A stretch of 64,000 nt of DNA, filler included, from Stramenopiles sp. TOSAG23-6 (lineage: Eukaryota): NCBI GenBank assembly GCA_900128565.1. It is 9 parts of 9 records of this genome, joined end to end, with 100 filler letters (N's around TTAATTAATTAA, not from the genome) between each part and the next. Parts side by side here need not be neighbours in the genome. Positions count along the whole stretch, not along the records: positions 57,441 to 64,000 come from LT636677.1; 8 more parts are not named here. One strand, given 5' to 3'. The translations under genes and the position numbers were made by a program. The notes under the pieces are model-generated. The model saw only the letters and a program-made list of their open reading frames with translations, had not been told where the DNA came from and searched no databases. Each line of letters starts with the position of its first letter. Within the stretch, counting starts at the first letter, position 1. This document shows positions 60,804 to 64,000 of the stretch, piece after piece.

Positions 60804-61283
60804 TTAAGCATCAGCATGTTTAGCAATATGAGCATCAATCATTTCGGAGGCTTTTTTTTTATCCTTGTTCCAAATCTCGCAAAATTCAGCATTCACGGGA
60901 GTATCGAGATTGGGTTCAATCATTACAGAACGGATAGCACGGAGAACATAAGCAGAATCCAACGTTGGACCCCAATTAGCTGCCCATAAATCTCTACACC
61001 ATTCTTTACCTGTAGAGTCTGTGTTTGGATGTAATATTGGTGTACTGTTCTGTACATCGGGTGCCTTATGTGGGTAGCGACTTGGGAATTCAAGTACAAG
61101 AGTAAAGACACCGTTTTCGTACAGAGACTCTTTTGGTCCTTTCATTTTAACAACCCACTTCATAATATTGGCCTCATCAGGAAGACTAATGGTACAAGAG
61201 TCACGAATATCTTGAAAATTTTCGTAGCCTTTAGTCTTTGGATCGGTCATCCTCTTAAGTTCTTTCTGAAGTCGTCGAGCCAT
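60804..61283 (-). CDS. Ubiquitin-conjugating enzyme E2
   Basis: ARRLQKEL, GPKESLYENG, FPSRYPHKAP and HPN...WC (catalytic Cys). Confidence 0.95.
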   Translation of the reverse strand: MARRLQKELKRMTDPKTKGYENFQDIRDSCTISLPDEANIMKWVVKMKGPKESLYENGVFTLVLEFPSRYPHKAPDVQNSTPILHPNTDSTGKEWCRDLWAANWGPTLDSAYVLRAIRSVMIEPNLDTPVNAEFCEIWNKDKKKASEMIDAHIAKHADA

Positions 61284-61568
61284 AGTCACTTATCTCTTCT
61301 AATAAATCTCAATAGATCAAATTCTGTGAGCGCACTTGTCCTATATATAGGTGAATACGGAAAACGATTCGACGATCGATCTCTCTCAATTGACTCACAT
61401 AAAAAAAAGATATTGATGATCGAACCCTAACCCTAGCCATCATTATTACCGATACCCGGTACACTTACTAGAAATTCAGTTCACCACACAAGTTGACCAC
61501 GCGACACGAGGCGCTTGTTCTTCTTCATCTAGAACCGCAGTCGCGATTTTACATATTATTAACTAACC

Positions 61569-62195
61569 ATGGGTCGTCGTCCAGCTCGTTGCTCTCGCTA
61601 CTGTAAGAACAAGCCTTACATCAAATCTCGATTTTGCCGTGGTGTTCCAGATTCCAAAATCCGTATTTATGAAGTTGGAAAGAAGTCCGCTGGTGTAGAC
61701 ACTTTCCCACTATGCATCCACCTTGTGTCCAACGAGCGTGAACAGATTTCTTCTGAAGCTCTCGAAGCTGCACGTATTTCATGCAACAAGAATCTTTCTA
61801 CCGTCGTTGGTAAAGAAAATTTCCACATGCGTATCCGTGCTCACCCATTTCACGTACTCCGTGTGAATAAAATGCTTGCGTGCGCAGGTGCTGATCGTCT
61901 CAGTTCCGGTATGCGTGGATCTTACGGTAAACCAGTTGGTATGATTGCACGTGTTCGTATTGGACAAGTACTCATGTCTGTCCGTGGAAAGGACACCAGT
62001 AGAGATGCTATTATTGAAGGTCTCCGCCGTTGCAAAATGAAATTTCCTGGTGTACAAAAAATTATTGAGTCTGACAAATGGGGATTCACGAAATATACTC
62101 GTGATAAGTATGTTGAATATCGCAAGAGTGGTCGTATTGTTCCTGATGGAAACAATGCTAAGTATGTATCTGACCATGGTCCTCTTGGATATTAA
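61569..62195 (+). CDS. RPL10: 60S ribosomal protein L10 (uL16)
   Basis: MGRRPARC...[27 protein letters not shown]. Confidence 0.99.
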   Translation: MGRRPARCSRYCKNKPYIKSRFCRGVPDSKIRIYEVGKKSAGVDTFPLCIHLVSNEREQISSEALEAARISCNKNLSTVVGKENFHMRIRAHPFHVLRVNKMLACAGADRLSSGMRGSYGKPVGMIARVRIGQVLMSVRGKDTSRDAIIEGLRRCKMKFPGVQKIIESDKWGFTKYTRDKYVEYRKSGRIVPDGNNAKYVSDHGPLGY

Positions 62196-62653
62196 TTTGT
62201 GGTCTTGTATGGTATTATTATTTATTTGATTTAGTATATCCATGCTAGTGACTAATATATTAGCACTTGGCATTGAAGAGGAATAAATAAATGGTTATAC
62301 TCCTTATTGAAATATCTTATTGAAATATCTGTATTTTGAAATGTATTTTGTACAATATTAATGCAATCCATCACAACCGATCAGATTTTAATAAAGTAAT
62401 AGTATTGACATCATTCCAATTCCAAAACTCTTGTCATTCGAGGACAATTCCGATAAAGAAAACGTTTAATGCGTTTTTCTGCAGCATGCGCAGCTGGAAA
62501 GTGCCACGTGGCACGGCACCGCATCATATTTTTTTGATTCGATTTTTTTGGGTTGGCCACAAAACGAAAAGGTTCGGTACCTTCAAGCAAGGGTTTCAAG
62601 GGCTTATAAATACGTAAAGAAAACACAAATAATCACCAAATAATTCATAAAAA

Positions 62654-63736
62654 ATGAAAACTTGTCTATCTTTCACTCGGAATAATTTTTGTGCAGCTGC
62701 CCGCAGCTTCTCTAGTACAGGTGTTGCTAATACGAAAGTATGTGTCGTTGGTGGTGGTGGTGGTATCGGTCAACCATTGTCTCTTCTCTTAAAGTTAGAC
62801 CAAAACGTCTCACACGTTAGTGTTTTCGACATGGTTGGTGCGCCAGGTGTTGGTGCTGACCTTAGTCATATTGACACTCCAGCTTCTGCAAGTGGTCATG
62901 GAATGTCGTTGGCACAATTCACTGGCGATAATAAAATCGATAACCAAGATGAGTTTCAAGCTGCTGCTTTTAACGAAGCTCTCCAGGGTTGTGATGTCGT
63001 TGTCATCCCTGCTGGTGTTCCACGTAAACCCGGTATGGACCGTCAGGATTTGTTTGATGTGAATGCAAGCCTTGTAAAGTCGTTTGCAGATGCTGTGTCT
63101 GTTAATTGTCCCAATGCTCTTGTTGCTATTATTTCTAATCCTGTCAACTCTACAGTTCCGATATTTGCCGAACAAATGAAGAAGAATGGCACCTACGACG
63201 CTCGTAAAGTTTTTGGTGTTACACAACTTGATATTACCCGTGCTCGTACCTTTGTGGGCGAAGCGGCTGGTGTTGATGTGAATACGCTTGATATTCCTGT
63301 CATTGGAGGTCATGCGGGTGCTTCTATTTTACCCGTCCTCAGTCAAGCTAATCCGCCTGTCAAAGACAAACTCAACCAACAACAGATTGAAGCTCTGACT
63401 GATCGTATCCAAAATGGAGGGACTGAAGTTGTTCAGGCTAAGGCTGGCGCCGGTTCAGCAACACTTTCAATGGCAAAGGCTGGTGCAGACTTTGTTAGCT
63501 CTCTCATTCGTGCAAAGAACGGAGAAAAAGGTATTATTGCGTGCGCATATGTTGAAAGTGATGTAGTTGATGAGTGCGAGTGGTTTGCTACGCAAATCGA
63601 ATTAGGCCAAAATGGACTTGAACGAAATTGTGGTATCGGTGAATTGGATGACTATGAGCAAACTCTTCTTGTAAAAGCTATTGCTGAACTTAAACCATCT
63701 ATTGTAGAAGGAAAAGAGTTTATTGCCAACCAATAA
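62654..63736 (+). CDS. MDH2: Mitochondrial malate dehydrogenase
   Basis: Presequence-like N-terminus, GGIGQPLSLLLK, IPAGVPRKPGM, ISNPVNSTVP and GAGSATLSMA. Confidence 0.97.
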   Translation: MKTCLSFTRNNFCAAARSFSSTGVANTKVCVVGGGGGIGQPLSLLLKLDQNVSHVSVFDMVGAPGVGADLSHIDTPASASGHGMSLAQFTGDNKIDNQDEFQAAAFNEALQGCDVVVIPAGVPRKPGMDRQDLFDVNASLVKSFADAVSVNCPNALVAIISNPVNSTVPIFAEQMKKNGTYDARKVFGVTQLDITRARTFVGEAAGVDVNTLDIPVIGGHAGASILPVLSQANPPVKDKLNQQQIEALTDRIQNGGTEVVQAKAGAGSATLSMAKAGADFVSSLIRAKNGEKGIIACAYVESDVVDECEWFATQIELGQNGLERNCGIGELDDYEQTLLVKAIAELKPSIVEGKEFIANQ

Positions 63737-63808
63737 ATAACATTAATTTTTACGTTTTTATTTTTTTTGAACTGATGTCAACAACACAATATTTTTACCA
63801 ACTGCTAT

Positions 63809-64000
63809 TATCACCCCAACCTCCATCATCATCATCACTAATTACATTCTGTTTATTTTGTTCATTTTGTTGATTATTGACATCACCCCAACCTCCATCA
63901 TCATTATCATCATCATTAATTACATTATTTTGTTCATTTTGTTGGTTATTGACATCACCCCAACCTCCATCATCATCATCGTCATCATCACTAACTACAT
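63809..64000. repeat. ~72-bp imperfect tandem repeat (3 copies, the last partial)
   Basis: ATCACCCCAACCTCCATCATCAT recurs at ~63809, ~63882 and ~63953. Confidence 0.8.

Overview
This is eukaryotic DNA from an AT-rich protist, probably a stramenopile-like lineage (inference). The window joins nine unrelated ~7 kb contigs with artificial N-TTAATTAATTAA-N linkers. Recognisable genes: strawberry notch, kinesin-4, H+-pyrophosphatase, cyclin B, eIF4E, RPL10, mitochondrial MDH, a ubiquitin E2, a GH18 chitinase, PPR, PHD/DDT, SH3, cold-shock-domain, CAMK-like kinase and ankyrin proteins, plus a histone H1-FKBP fusion and two giant intronless repeat proteins. The main finding is a family of short, mutually similar introns that mostly do not end in AG. 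I reconstructed 32 complete ones by hand: 25 end in AT, 4 in AG and 3 in TT (one of the TT calls is ambiguous). They start with (G/A)TAYGTTTT, most carry TTTCGTACGAAATTTTGTACCTAAC, and they end in ATAC/ATAT plus a dinucleotide that usually repeats the last two bases of the upstream exon. Ordinary GT-AG introns without the motif also occur. This suggests an Introner-like transposon-derived intron family, a divergent minor-type spliceosome, or both. All splicing is inferred from reading-frame and motif restoration, with no transcript data.
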